64,000 nucleotides of DNA from Blastocladiella emersonii ATCC 22665 (lineage: Eukaryota > Fungi > Blastocladiomycota): assembly GCA_025594325.1 (NCBI GenBank), contig JANHCV010000014.1, positions 1,190,857 to 1,254,856 on the forward strand. The letters run 5' to 3'. Made by a program: the position numbers and the translations under genes. Position 1 is the stretch's first letter, and every line of letters starts with the position of its first letter. Positions 33,885 to 47,500 of the stretch are shown one piece after another. The notes beneath the pieces are model-generated. The model was not told the DNA's origin. It saw only the letters and a list, made by a program, of their open reading frames with translations, and searched no databases.

Positions 33885-33975
33885 TGGTTGGTTGGCTGGT
33901 TGGCTGGTTGGCTGGTTGGCTGGTTGGCTGGTTGGCTGGCAGGTTGGCTGGTTGGCTGGCAGGTTGGCAGGTCTG
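33885..33975 (+). repeat. (GGTTGGCT)n 8-mer tract with GGCAGGTT variants (unit 1; in every unit)
   Basis: Direct reading. Copy number varies among units (3, 5 or 7 uninterrupted copies). Confidence 0.95.
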
Positions 33976-34147
33976 GCAGGTTGTCTTTTGGCTCGTTGAT
34001 TGGACCGTTCGCTTTGCCGACGGGTTCAATAATTGGAGGAGGATCGAAGAGTTGGATAGTGGAGTGTGCGCAAAGTGGTAGATTTGGACATCTGCCGGTC
34101 TGGGTGCTTGCCCACCTGGACGTGAGGGTATTCGAAGATCTGAAGAT

Positions 34148-35110
34148 GGTTTGTTTGAGTACCATGACAATAATCAGCGTGGCGAGTTTGATACAACCGG
34201 AACATCAGATACTATGTTGTTGGTTCGATACTGTGATTTATAGGTCCTTGCCCACCAGATCATGGGGGGTGTGCGAAGATTTGAATATGGTTTTGTTTTG
34301 GTACTATGACGATTACCTACGTGGCTGGTTTACTATATTCCCATGGTCAGATAATTCGTTACGTCGATATTACGATTTATTGGTCCCCAACCAGCTGGAC
34401 ATGCAGGAAGTCAAAGACTTGAACATGGTTTTGTTTGAGTGCTCTGACAATTATCTGCGTGGCTTGTTTATTATATTCCCATGTTCAGATATTTTGTTGA
34501 GTCGATATTACGATTTATGGGTGCCTGGCTAGCTGGTCATGCGGGTGGTCAAGGATTTGAATATGGTTTTGTTTGAGTACCATGACAATTGTCGGAGTGG
34601 CTCGTTTACAATATTGCTCTGCCCAGATTCATGGTTGCTTCGATACTGTAATTTATAGGAGCCAGGCTAGCTGGACATGCGGGAAGTCAAAGATGTGAGT
34701 ACGGTTTTGTTTGAGTTCTCTGACAATTATCTGCGTGGCTTGTTTAGTATATTCCCATGTTCAGATATTTTGTTGAGTCGATATTACGATTTATGGGTCC
34801 CCAACGAGGTGGACATGCAGGAAGTCAACAACTTGAATATGGTTTTGTTTCGGTACTATGACAATTACGTACGTGGCTGGGTTACTATATTCCCATGGTC
34901 AGATATTTTGGTGGTTCGATACTGTGATTTATGGGTTCCTGGCTAGCTGGTCATGCGGGTGGTCAAGGATTTGAATATGGTTTTGTTTGAGTACCATGAG
35001 AATCATGTACGTGGCTGGTTTGGTACATCCCAAACATCGGCTAATTTGTTTCGTGCATGTTGCGATTTGTGGGGGGTCGGATTGGGCCGGACGTTGGCTG
35101 CAGCAAGGTC
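34148..35110. repeat. 138-bp AT-rich sub-repeat, ~7 diverged monomers (shown for unit 1; present in every unit)
   Basis: The GGTTTTGTTT landmark occurs at 34289, 34427, 34565, 34703, 34841 and 34979 (exact 138 spacing), with a degenerate copy at about 34148. Confidence 0.93.
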
Positions 35111-35214
35111 CCTCGGTCAAAATTCGACACAGTTGCTCCCCCTCCCTCTCTGTCATGCAGATAGTGGGTGGTGGCCGACCCATCCTGACCGCGCGCGGCC
35201 CGTATGAAGGTCCG

Positions 35215-35355
35215 CATCCACCCATCCATCCATCCATCCATTCATTCAACACTCACTCCATCACGCACCTTTTCACTTGTGTTGTTTGCCAGCCAGCTAG
35301 ACAGCTAGCCAGGTAGCCAGGTAGCCAGATCCTGCTGCTGCTACCTACCTACCCT
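35215..35355 (+). repeat. Cluster of C/A-rich microsatellites: (CATC)n, (CATT)n, (AGCCAGGT)n, (CTG)n, (CTAC)n (unit 1; in every unit)
   Basis: Direct reading. (CTCTGCAGC)n also occurs near 35735-35770 and (GGTGCGC)n near 33565. Confidence 0.9.
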
Positions 35356-35491
35356 GCCTCCAACAACGCCCGCCGCGTCATGAGCCAGGCAGGGCCGTGC
35401 CGCGACAAATGGCCGCGGCAGGCGTGTACGGTAATTGTACCTGTACCATACTTTCCATGGCCGCCCCGCCACCCTGACTTGGTCCTTGTAT

Positions 35492-35556
35492 GTCACTTGG
35501 TCACCTTGGTCACCTTGGTCACTTGGTCACTTGGTCACTTGGTCACTTGGTCACTT
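35492..35556 (+). repeat. (GGTCACTT)n / GGTCACCTT tract (unit 1; in every unit)
   Basis: Direct reading. Some units carry 16 bp more and/or a TTAGTCAC variant. Confidence 0.95.
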
Positions 35557-38500
35557 TGCGCGTGTGATGGTGGACGAGTGAGTCCAGGCATGCACGCACA
35601 AAAGCCCGCACGCCCACGTGTACTCCTGCCAGGAGCGCCTGGTGTGGGTCATTCACCCACCATTCAGTTAGTAGTCCCTAGCACTCCTTGGCCTTGGTAC
35701 TGTCTCCTGCAGGAGGAGCCCTGCCGCGTTAGCCCTCTGCAGCCCTCTGCAGCACTCTGCAGCACTCTGTCGCCGTACGGCCGCTGCCCTGTTTGCAACG
35801 TACGTTGGCCAGGGCGAGGCAGGTGCTGTGTTGTTGCTTGCCACTTGGCTGCCACCAAGTGCAGGCGCACCCATCGCAAAGCGTTCTGATGGACCCCGCG
35901 GCCATGAAAGCATGGGGCAGCACTGGACATGAATGAATCAAGCAATTGATGGCACTCGGAGGGCAGGCAGGCGCACCCGTTGGCGCAAGCAGACCTGGAG
36001 GATGGATCATTCTTGAGTTCAGGAAGCCTTGCCTGCCCGCCGTTCATGCGAGCGTGTGTGTGACACCAGCGTGGCCGTTTGCGCCGTGTGCGCAGCGCGT
36101 GGTGCGTCGGGCGCTGTGCGGTGTGCGCGGTGCGCGGTGCGCGGTGTGCATCCGTCAGCGGGTGAGTGGTTTCACGCCGAGGGAGAGCGGAGCTGCTCGT
36201 AACCCTCCCTGGCCCATCATCACGCAGGACTTGGAGCTGACAGCAGAGCCGGCAGCAAGGAGGAGACCAGCCGTATATTGCCTGACGAACACCTCTCAGA
36301 CCACCTACGAGATAGATAAGAGCAACTGACTGGGAGCTGGCAGGCTGGCAGTCTGCCAGGCTGCCAGGGCTCATCATTCATTCCTTTGTTTGCAGGGACG
36401 GCAACCAGAGTGTGCGGGCCCACCATGGCTTGAGATGCGGCGTGGGTGGTTGGTTGGCTGGTTGGCTGGTTGGCTGGTTGGCTGGCAGGTTGGCTGGTTG
36501 GCTGGCAGGTTGGCAGGTCTGGCAGGTTGTCTTTTGGCTCGTTGATTGGACCGTTCGCTTTGCCGACGGGTTCAATAATTGGAGGAGGATCGAAGAGTTG
36601 GATAGTGGAGTGTGCGCAAAGTGGTAGATTTGGACATCTGCCGGTCTGGGTGCTTGCCCACCTGGACGTGAGGGTATTCGAAGGTCTGAAGATGGTTTGT
36701 TTGAGTACCATGACAATAATCAGCGTGGCGAGTTTGATACAACCGGAACATCAGATACTATGTTGTTGGTTCGATACTGTGATTTATAGGTCCTTGCCCA
36801 CCAGATCATGGGGGGTGTGCGAAGATTTGAATATGGTTTTGTTTTGGTACTATGACGATTACCTACGTGGCTGGTTTACTATATTCCCATGGTCAGATAA
36901 TTTGTTACGTCGATATTACGATTTATTGGTCCCCAACCAGCTGGACATGCAGGAAGTCAAAGACTTGAACATGGTTTTGTTTGAGTGCTCTGACAATCAT
37001 CTGCGTGGCTTGTTTATTATATTCCCATGTTCAGATATTTTGTTGAGTCGATATTACGATTTATGGGTGCCTGGCTAGCTGGTCATGCGGGTGGTCAAGG
37101 ATTTGAATATGGTTTTGTTTGAGTACCATGACAATTGTCGGAGTGGCTCGTTTACAATATTGCTCTGCCCAGATTCATGGTTGCTTCGATACTGTAATTT
37201 ATAGGAGCCAGGCTAGCTGGACATGCGGGAAGTCAAAGATGTGAGTACGGTTTTGTTTGAGTTCTCTGACAATTATCTGCGTGGCTTGTTTAGTATATTC
37301 CCATGTTCAGATATTTTGTTGAGTCGATATTACGATTTATGGGTCCCCAACGAGGTGGACATGCAGGAAGTCAACAACTTGAATATGGTTTTGTTTCGGT
37401 ACTATGACAATTACGTACGTGGCTGGGTTACTATATTCCCATGGTCAGATATTTTGGTGGTTCGATACTGTGATTTATGGGTTCCTGGCTAGCTGGTCAT
37501 GCGGGTGGTCAAGGATTTGAATATGGTTTTGTTTGAGTACCATGAGAATCATGTACGTGGCTGGTTTGGTACATCCCAAACATCGGCTAATTTGTTTCGT
37601 GCATGTTGCGATTTGTGGGGGGTCGGATTGGGCCGGACGTTGGCTGCAGCAAGGTCCCTCGGTCAAAATTCGACACAGTTGCTCCCCCTCCCTCTCTGTC
37701 ATGCAGATAGTGGGTGGTGGCCGACCCATCCTGACCGCGCGCGGCCCGTATGAAGGTCCGCATCCACCCATCCATCCATCCATCCATTCATTCAACACTC
37801 ACTCCATCACGCACCTTTTCACTTGTGTTGTTTGCCAGCCAGCTAGACAGCTAGCCAGGTAGCCAGGTAGCCAGATCCTGCTGCTGCTACCTACCTACCC
37901 TGCCTCCAACAACGCCCGCCGCGTCATGAGCCAGGCAGGGCCGTGCCGCGACAAATGGCCGCGGCAGGCGTGTACGGTAATTGTACCTGTACCATACTTT
38001 CCATGGCCGCCCCGCCACCCTGACTTGGTCCTTGTATGTCACTTGGTCACCTTGGTCACCTTGGTCACTTGGTCACTTGGTCACTTGGTCACTTGGTCAC
38101 TTTGCGCGTGTGATGGTGGACGAGTGAGTCCAGGCATGCACGCACAAAAGCCCGCACGCCCACGTGTACTCCTGCCAGGAGCGCCTGGTGTGGGTCATTC
38201 ACCCACCATTCAGTTAGTAGTCCCTAGCACTCCTTGGCCTTGGTACTGTCTCCTGCAGGAGGAGCCCTGCCGCGTTAGCCCTCTGCAGCCCTCTGCAGCA
38301 CTCTGCAGCACTCTGTCGCCGTACGGCCGCTGCCCTGTTTGCAACGTACGTTGGCCAGGGCGAGGCAGGTGCTGTGTTGTTGCTTGCCACTTGGCTGCCA
38401 CCAAGTGCAGGCGCACCCATCGCAAAGCGTTCTGATGGACCCCGCGGCCATGAAAGCATGGGGCAGCACTGGACATGAATGAATCAAGCAATTGATGGCA

Positions 38501-41500
38501 CTCGGAGGGCAGGCAGGCGCACCCGTTGGCGCAAGCAGACCTGGAGGATGGATCATTCTTGAGTTCAGGAAGCCTTGCCTGCCCGCCGTTCATGCGAGCG
38601 TGTGTGTGACACCAGCGTGGCCGTTTGCGCCGTGTGCGCAGCGCGTGGTGCGTCGGGCGCTGTGCGGTGTGCGCGGTGCGCGGTGCGCGGTGTGCATCCG
38701 TCAGCGGGTGAGTGGTTTCACGCCGAGGGAGAGCGGAGCTGCTCGTAACCCTCCCTGGCCCATCATCACGCAGGACTTGGAGCTGACAGCAGAGCCGGCA
38801 GCAAGGAGGAGACCAGCCGTATATTGCCTGACGAACACCTCTCAGACCACCTACGAGATAGATAAGAGCAACTGACTGGGAGCTGGCAGGCTGGCAGTCT
38901 GCCAGGCTGCCAGGGCTCATCATTCATTCCTTTGTTTGCAGGGACGGCAACCAGAGTGTGCGGGCCCACCATGGCTTGAGATGCGGCGTGGGTGGTTGGT
39001 TGGCTGGTTGGCTGGTTGGCTGGTTGGCTGGTTGGCTGGTTGGCTGGCAGGTTGGCTGGTTGGCTGGCAGGTTGGCAGGTCTGGCAGGTTGTCTTTTGGC
39101 TCGTTGATTGGACCGTTCGCTTTGCCGACGGGTTCAATAATTGGAGGAGGATCGAAGAGTTGGATAGTGGAGTGTGCGCAAAGTGGTAGATTTGGACATC
39201 TGCCGGTCTGGGTGCTTGCCCACCTGGACGTGAGGGTATTCGAAGGTCTGAAGATGGTTTGTTTGAGTACCATGACAATAATCAGCGTGGCGAGTTTGAT
39301 ACAACCGGAACATCAGATACTATGTTGTTGGTTCGATACTGTGATTTATAGGTCCTTGCCCACCAGATCATGGGGGGTGTGCGAAGATTTGAATATGGTT
39401 TTGTTTTGGTACTATGACGATTACCTACGTGGCTGGTTTACTATATTCCCATGGTCAGATAATTTGTTACGTCGATATTACGATTTATTGGTCCCCAACC
39501 AGCTGGACATGCAGGAAGTCAAAGACTTGAACATGGTTTTGTTTGAGTGCTCTGACAATTATCTGCGTGGCTTGTTTATTATATTCCCATGTTCAGATAT
39601 TTTGTTGAGTCGATATTACGATTTATGGGTGCCTGGCTAGCTGGTCATGCGGGTGGTCAAGGATTTGAATATGGTTTTGTTTGAGTACCATGACAATTGT
39701 CGGAGTGGCTCGTTTACAATATTGCTCTGCCCAGATTCATGGTTGCTTCGATACTGTAATTTATAGGAGCCAGGCTAGCTGGACATGCGGGAAGTCAAAG
39801 ATGTGAGTACGGTTTTGTTTGAGTTCTCTGACAATTATCTGCGTGGCTTGTTTAGTATATTCCCATGTTCAGATATTTTGTTGAGTCGATATTACGATTT
39901 ATGGGTCCCCAACGAGGTGGACATGCAGGAAGTCAACAACTTGAATATGGTTTTGTTTGGGTACTATGACAATTACGTACGTGGCTGGGTTACTATATTC
40001 CCATGGTCAGATACTTTGGTGGTTCGATACTGTGATTTATGGGTTCCTGGCTAGCTGGTCATGCGGGTGGTCAAGGATTTGAATATGGTTTTGTTTGAGT
40101 ACCATGAGAATCATGTACGTGGCTGGTTTGGTACATCCCAAACATCGGCTAATTTGTTTCGTGCATGTTGCGATTTGTGGGGGGTCGGATTGGGCCGGAC
40201 GTTGGCTGCAGCAAGGTCCCTCGGTCAAAATTCGACACAGTTGCTCCCCCTCCCTCTCTGTCATGCAGATAGTGGGTGGTGGCCGACCCATCCTGACCGC
40301 GCGCGGCCCGTATGAAGGTCCGCATCCACCCATCCATCCATCCATCCATTCATTCAACACTCACTCCATCACGCACCTTTTCACTTGTGTTGTTTGCCAG
40401 CCAGCTAGACAGCTAGCCAGGTAGCCAGGTAGCCAGATCCTGCTGCTGCTACCTACCTACCCTGCCTCCAACAACGCCCGCCGCGTCATGAGCCAGGCAG
40501 GGCCGTGCCGCGACAAATGGCCGCGGCAGGCGTGTACGGTAATTGTACCTGTACCATACTTTCCATGGCCGCCCCGCCACCCTGACTTGGTCCTTGTATG
40601 TCACTTGGTCACCTTGGTCACCTTGGTCACTTGGTCACTTGGTCACTTGGTCACTTGGTCACTTTGCGCGTGTGATGGTGGACGAGTGAGTCCAGGCATG
40701 CACGCACAAAAGCCCGCACGCCCACGTGTACTCCTGCCAGGAGCGCCTGGTGTGGGTCATTCACCCACCATTCAGTTAGTAGTCCCTAGCACTCCTTGGC
40801 CTTGGTACTGTCTCCTGCAGGAGGAGCCCTGCCGCGTTAGCCCTCTGCAGCCCTCTGCAGCACTCTGCAGCACTCTGTCGCCGTACGGCCGCTGCCCTGT
40901 TTGCAACGTACGTTGGCCAGGGCGAGGCAGGTGCTGTGTTGTTGCTTGCCACTTGGCTGCCACCAAGTGCAGGCGCACCCATCGCAAAGCGTTCTGATGG
41001 ACCCCGCGGCCATGAAAGCATGGGGCAGCACTGGACATGAATGAATCAAGCAATTGATGGCACTCGGAGGGCAGGCAGGCGCACCCGTTGGCGCAAGCAG
41101 ACCTGGAGGATGGATCATTCTTGAGTTCAGGAAGCCTTGCCTGCCCGCCGTTCATGCGAGCGTGTGTGTGACACCAGCGTGGCCGTTTGCGCCGTGTGCG
41201 CAGCGCGTGGTGCGTCGGGCGCTGTGCGGTGTGCGCGGTGCGCGGTGCGCGGTGTGCATCCGTCAGCGGGTGAGTGGTTTCACGCCGAGGGAGAGCGGAG
41301 CTGCTCGTAACCCTCCCTGGCCCATCATCACGCAGGACTTGGAGCTGACAGCAGAGCCGGCAGCAAGGAGGAGACCAGCCGTATATTGCCTGACGAACAC
41401 CTCTCAGACCACCTACGAGATAGATAAGAGCAACTGACTGGGAGCTGGCAGGCTGGCAGTCTGCCAGGCTGCCAGGGCTCATCATTCATTCCTTTGTTTG

Positions 41501-44500
41501 CAGGGACGGCAACCAGAGTGTGCGGGCCCACCATGGCTTGAGATGCGGCGTGGGTGGTTGGTTGGCTGGTTGGCTGGTTGGCTGGTTGGCTGGTTGGCTG
41601 GTTGGCTGGCAGGTTGGCTGGTTGGCTGGCAGGTTGGCAGGTCTGGCAGGTTGTCTTTTGGCTCGTTGATTGGACCGTTCGCTTTGCCGACGGGTTCAAT
41701 AATTGGAGGAGGATCGAAGAGTTGGATAGTGGAGTGTGCGCAAAGTGGTAGATTTGGACATCTGCCGGTCTGGGTGCTTGCCCACCTGGACGTGAGGGTA
41801 TTCGAAGGTCTGAAGATGGTTTGTTTGAGTACCATGACAATAATCAGCGTGGCGAGTTTGATACAACCGGAACATCAGATACTATGTTGTTGGTTCGATA
41901 CTGTGATTTATAGGTCCTTGCCCACCAGATCATGGGGGGTGTGCGAAGATTTGAATATGGTTTTGTTTTGGTACTATGACGATTACCTACGTGGCTGGTT
42001 TACTATATTCCCATGGTCAGATAATTTGTTACGTCGATATTACGATTTATTGGTCCCCAACCAGCTGGACATGCAGGAAGTCAAAGACTTGAACATGGTT
42101 TTGTTTGAGTGCTCTGACAATTATCTGCGTGGCTTGTTTATTATATTCCCATGTTCAGATATTTTGTTGAGTCGATATTACGATTTATGGGTGCCTGGCT
42201 AGCTGGTCATGCGGGTGGTCAAGGATTTGAATATGGTTTTGTTTGAGTACCATGACAATTGTCGGAGTGGCTCGTTTACAATATTGCTCTGCCCAGATTC
42301 ATGGTTGCTTCGATACTGTAATTTATAGGAGCCAGGCTAGCTGGACATGCGGGAAGTCAAAGATGTGAGTACGGTTTTGTTTGAGTTCTCTGACAATTAT
42401 CTGCGTGGCTTGTTTAGTATATTCCCATGTTCAGATATTTTGTTGAGTCGATATTACGATTTATGGGTCCCCAACGAGGTGGACATGCAGGAAGTCAACA
42501 ACTTGAATATGGTTTTGTTTGGGTACTATGACAATTACGTACGTGGCTGGGTTACTATATTCCCATGGTCAGATATTTTGGTGGTTCGATACTGTGATTT
42601 ATGGGTTCCTGGCTAGCTGGTCATGCGGGTGGTCAAGGATTTGAATATGGTTTTGTTTGAGTACCATGAGAATCATGTACGTGGCTGGTTTGGTACATCC
42701 CAAACATCGGCTAATTTGTTTCGTGCATGTTGCGATTTGTGGGGGGTCGGATTGGGCCGGACGTTGGCTGCAGCAAGGTCCCTCGGTCAAAATTCGACAC
42801 AGTTGCTCCCCCTCCCTCTCTGTCATGCAGATAGTGGGTGGTGGCCGACCCATCCTGACCGCGCGCGGCCCGTATGAAGGTCCGCATCCACCCATCCATC
42901 CATCCATCCATTCATTCAACACTCACTCCATCACGCACCTTTTCACTTGTGTTGTTTGCCAGCCAGCTAGACAGCTAGCCAGGTAGCCAGGTAGCCAGAT
43001 CCTGCTGCTGCTACCTACCTACCCTGCCTCCAACAACGCCCGCCGCGTCATGAGCCAGGCAGGGCCGTGCCGCGACAAATGGCCGCGGCAGGCGTGTACG
43101 GTAATTGTACCTGTACCATACTTTCCATGGCCGCCCCGCCACCCTGACTTGGTCCTTGTATGTCACTTGGTCACCTTGGTCACCTTGGTCACTTGGTCAC
43201 TTGGTCACTTGGTCACTTGGTCACTTTGCGCGTGTGATGGTGGACGAGTGAGTCCAGGCATGCACGCACAAAAGCCCGCACGCCCACGTGTACTCCTGCC
43301 AGGAGCGCCTGGTGTGGGTCATTCACCCACCATTCAGTTAGTAGTCCCTAGCACTCCTTGGCCTTGGTACTGTCTCCTGCAGGAGGAGCCCTGCCGCGTT
43401 AGCCCTCTGCAGCCCTCTGCAGCACTCTGCAGCACTCTGTCGCCGTACGGCCGCTGCCCTGTTTGCAACGTACGTTGGCCAGGGCGAGGCAGGTGCTGTG
43501 TTGTTGCTTGCCACTTGGCTGCCACCAAGTGCAGGCGCACCCATCGCAAAGCGTTCTGATGGACCCCGCGGCCATGAAAGCATGGGGCAGCACTGGACAT
43601 GAATGAATCAAGCAATTGATGGCACTCGGAGGGCAGGCAGGCGCACCCGTTGGCGCAAGCAGACCTGGAGGATGGATCATTCTTGAGTTCAGGAAGCCTT
43701 GCCTGCCCGCCGTTCATGCGAGCGTGTGTGTGACACCAGCGTGGCCGTTTGCGCCGTGTGCGCAGCGCGTGGTGCGTCGGGCGCTGTGCGGTGTGCGCGG
43801 TGCGCGGTGCGCGGTGTGCATCCGTCAGCGGGTGAGTGGTTTCACGCCGAGGGAGAGCGGAGCTGCTCGTAACCCTCCCTGGCCCATCATCACGCAGGAC
43901 TTGGAGCTGACAGCAGAGCCGGCAGCAAGGAGGAGACCAGCCGTATATTGCCTGACGAACACCTCTCAGACCACCTACGAGATAGATAAGAGCAACTGAC
44001 TGGGAGCTGGCAGGCTGGCAGTCTGCCAGGCTGCCAGGGCTCATCATTCATTCCTTTGTTTGCAGGGACGGCAACCAGAGTGTGCGGGCCCACCATGGCT
44101 TGAGATGCGGCGTGGGTGGTTGGTTGGCTGGTTGGCTGGTTGGCTGGTTGGCTGGTTGGCTGGTTGGCTGGCAGGTTGGCTGGTTGGCTGGCAGGTTGGC
44201 AGGTCTGGCAGGTTGTCTTTTGGCTCGTTGATTGGACCGTTCGCTTTGCCGACGGGTTCAATAATTGGAGGAGGATCGAAGAGTTGGATAGTGGAGTGTG
44301 CGCAAAGTGGTAGATTTGGACATCTGCCGGTCTGGGTGCTTGCCCACCTGGACGTGAGGGTATTCGAAGGTCTGAAGATGGTTTGTTTGAGTACCATGAC
44401 AATAATCAGCGTGGCGAGTTTGATACAACCGGAACATCAGATACTATGTTGTTGGTTCGATACTGTGATTTATAGGTCCTTGCCCACCAGATCATGGGGG

Positions 44501-47500
44501 GTGTGCGAAGATTTGAATATGGTTTTGTTTTGGTACTATGACGATTACCTACGTGGCTGGTTTACTATATTCCCATGGTCAGATAATTTGTTACGTCGAT
44601 ATTACGATTTATTGGTCCCCAACCAGCTGGACATGCAGGAAGTCAAAGACTTGAACATGGTTTTGTTTGAGTGCTCTGACAATTATCTGCGTGGCTTGTT
44701 TATTATATTCCCATGTTCAGATATTTTGTTGAGTCGATATTACGATTTATGGGTGCCTGGCTAGCTGGTCATGCGGGTGGTCAAGGATTTGAATATGGTT
44801 TTGTTTGAGTACCATGACAATTGTCGGAGTGGCTCGTTTACAATATTGCTCTGCCCAGATTCATGGTTGCTTCGATACTGTAATTTATAGGAGCCAGGCT
44901 AGCTGGACATGCGGGAAGTCAAAGATGTGAGTACGGTTTTGTTTGAGTTCTCTGACAATTATCTGCGTGGCTTGTTTAGTATATTCCCATGTTCAGATAT
45001 TTTGTTGAGTCGATATTACGATTTATGGGTCCCCAACGAGGTGGACATGCAGGAAGTCAACAACTTGAATATGGTTTTGTTTGGGTACTATGACAATTAC
45101 GTACGTGGCTGGGTTACTATATTCCCATGGTCAGATATTTTGGTGGTTCGATACTGTGATTTATGGGTTCCTGGCTAGCTGGTCATGCGGGTGGTCAAGG
45201 ATTTGAATATGGTTTTGTTTGAGTACCATGAGAATCATGTACGTGGCTGGTTTGGTACATCCCAAACATCGGCTAATTTGTTTCGTGCATGTTGCGATTT
45301 GTGGGGGGTCGGATTGGGCCGGACGTTGGCTGCAGCAAGGTCCCTCGGTCAAAATTCGACACAGTTGCTCCCCCTCCCTCTCTGTCATGCAGATAGTGGG
45401 TGGTGGCCGACCCATCCTGACCGCGCGCGGCCCGTATGAAGGTCCGCATCCACCCATCCATCCATCCATCCATTCATTCAACACTCACTCCATCACGCAC
45501 CTTTTCACTTGTGTTGTTTGCCAGCCAGCTAGACAGCTAGCCAGGTAGCCAGGTAGCCAGATCCTGCTGCTGCTACCTACCTACCCTGCCTCCAACAACG
45601 CCCGCCGCGTCATGAGCCAGGCAGGGCCGTGCCGCGACAAATGGCCGCGGCAGGCGTGTACGGTAATTGTACCTGTACCATACTTTCCATGGCCGCCCCG
45701 CCACCCTGACTTGGTCCTTGTATGTCACTTGGTCACCTTGGTCACCTTAGTCACTTGGTCACTTGGTCACTTGGTCACTTGGTCACTTGGTCACTTGGTC
45801 ACTTTGCGCGTGTGATGGTGGACGAGTGAGTCCAGGCATGCACGCACAAAAGCCCGCACGCCCACGTGTACTCCTGCCAGGAGCGCCTGGTGTGGGTCAT
45901 TCACCCACCATTCAGTTAGTAGTCCCTAGCACTCCTTGGCCTTGGTACTGTCTCCTGCAGGAGGAGCCCTGCCGCGTTAGCCCTCTGCAGCCCTCTGCAG
46001 CACTCTGCAGCACTCTGTCGCCGTACGGCCGCTGCCCTGTTTGCAACGTACGTTGGCCAGGGCGAGGCAGGTGCTGTGTTGTTGCTTGCCACTTGGCTGC
46101 CACCAAGTGCAGGCGCACCCATCGCAAAGCGTTCTGATGGACCCCGCGGCCATGAAAGCATGGGGCAGCACTGGACATGAATGAATCAAGCAATTGATGG
46201 CACTCGGAGGGCAGGCAGGCGCACCCGTTGGCGCAAGCAGACCTGGAGGATGGATCATTCTTGAGTTCAGGAAGCCTTGCCTGCCCGCCGTTCATGCGAG
46301 CGTGTGTGTGACACCAGCGTGGCCGTTTGCGCCGTGTGCGCAGCGCGTGGTGCGTCGGGCGCTGTGCGGTGTGCGCGGTGCGCGGTGCGCGGTGTGCATC
46401 CGTCAGCGGGTGAGTGGTTTCACGCCGAGGGAGAGCGGAGCTGCTCGTAACCCTCCCTGGCCCATCATCACGCAGGACTTGGAGCTGACAGCAGAGCCGG
46501 CAGCAAGGAGGAGACCAGCCGTATATTGCCTGACGAACACCTCTCAGACCACCTACGAGATAGATAAGAGCAACTGACTGGGAGCTGGCAGGCTGGCAGT
46601 CTGCCAGGCTGCCAGGGCTCATCATTCATTCCTTTGTTTGCAGGGACGGCAACCAGAGTGTGCGGGCCCACCATGGCTTGAGATGCGGCGTGGGTGGTTG
46701 GTTGGCTGGTTGGCTGGTTGGCTGGTTGGCTGGTTGGCTGGTTGGCTGGCAGGTTGGCTGGTTGGCTGGCAGGTTGGCAGGTCTGGCAGGTTGTCTTTTG
46801 GCTCGTTGATTGGACCGTTCGCTTTGCCGACGGGTTCAATAATTGGAGGAGGATCGAAGAGTTGGATAGTGGAGTGTGCGCAAAGTGGTAGATTTGGACA
46901 TCTGCCGGTCTGGGTGCTTGCCCACCTGGACGTGAGGGTATTCGAAGGTCTGAAGATGGTTTGTTTGAGTACCATGACAATAATCAGCGTGGCGAGTTTG
47001 ATACAACCGGAACATCAGATACTATGTTGTTGGTTCGATACTGTGATTTATAGGTCCTTGCCCACCAGATCATGGGGGGTGTGCGAAGATTTGAATATGG
47101 TTTTGTTTTGGTACTATGACGATTACCTACGTGGCTGGTTTACTATATTCCCATGGTCAGATAATTTGTTACGTCGATATTACGATTTATTGGTCCCCAA
47201 CCAGCTGGACATGCAGGAAGTCAAAGACTTGAACATGGTTTTGTTTGAGTGCTCTGACAATTATCTGCGTGGCTTGTTTATTATATTCCCATGTTCAGAT
47301 ATTTTGTTGAGTCGATATTACGATTTATGGGTGCCTGGCTAGCTGGTCATGCGGGTGGTCAAGGATTTGAATATGGTTTTGTTTGAGTACCATGACAATT
47401 GTCGGAGTGGCTCGTTTACAATATTGCTCTGCCCAGATTCATGGTTGCTTCGATACTGTAATTTATAGGAGCCAGGCTAGCTGGACATGCGGGAAGTCAA

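Noticed and set aside
33885-33975. (GGTTGGCT)n or (GGTCACTT)n as telomeric repeats
   Set aside because: They are short internal tracts, not terminal, and do not match TTAGGG-type repeats. The organism's telomere motif is unknown to me.
34148-35110. CRISPR-like repeat-spacer array
   Set aside because: Monomers are homologous along their whole length, with no unique spacers. The context is eukaryotic and there are no cas genes.
33494-36055. rDNA, 5S, tRNA or snRNA gene within the repeat unit
   Set aside because: No conserved rRNA or 5S segments and no cloverleaf were found. GTTCGATAC (about 34223 and 34914) fits a Pol III B-box but has no tRNA stems or convincing A-box.
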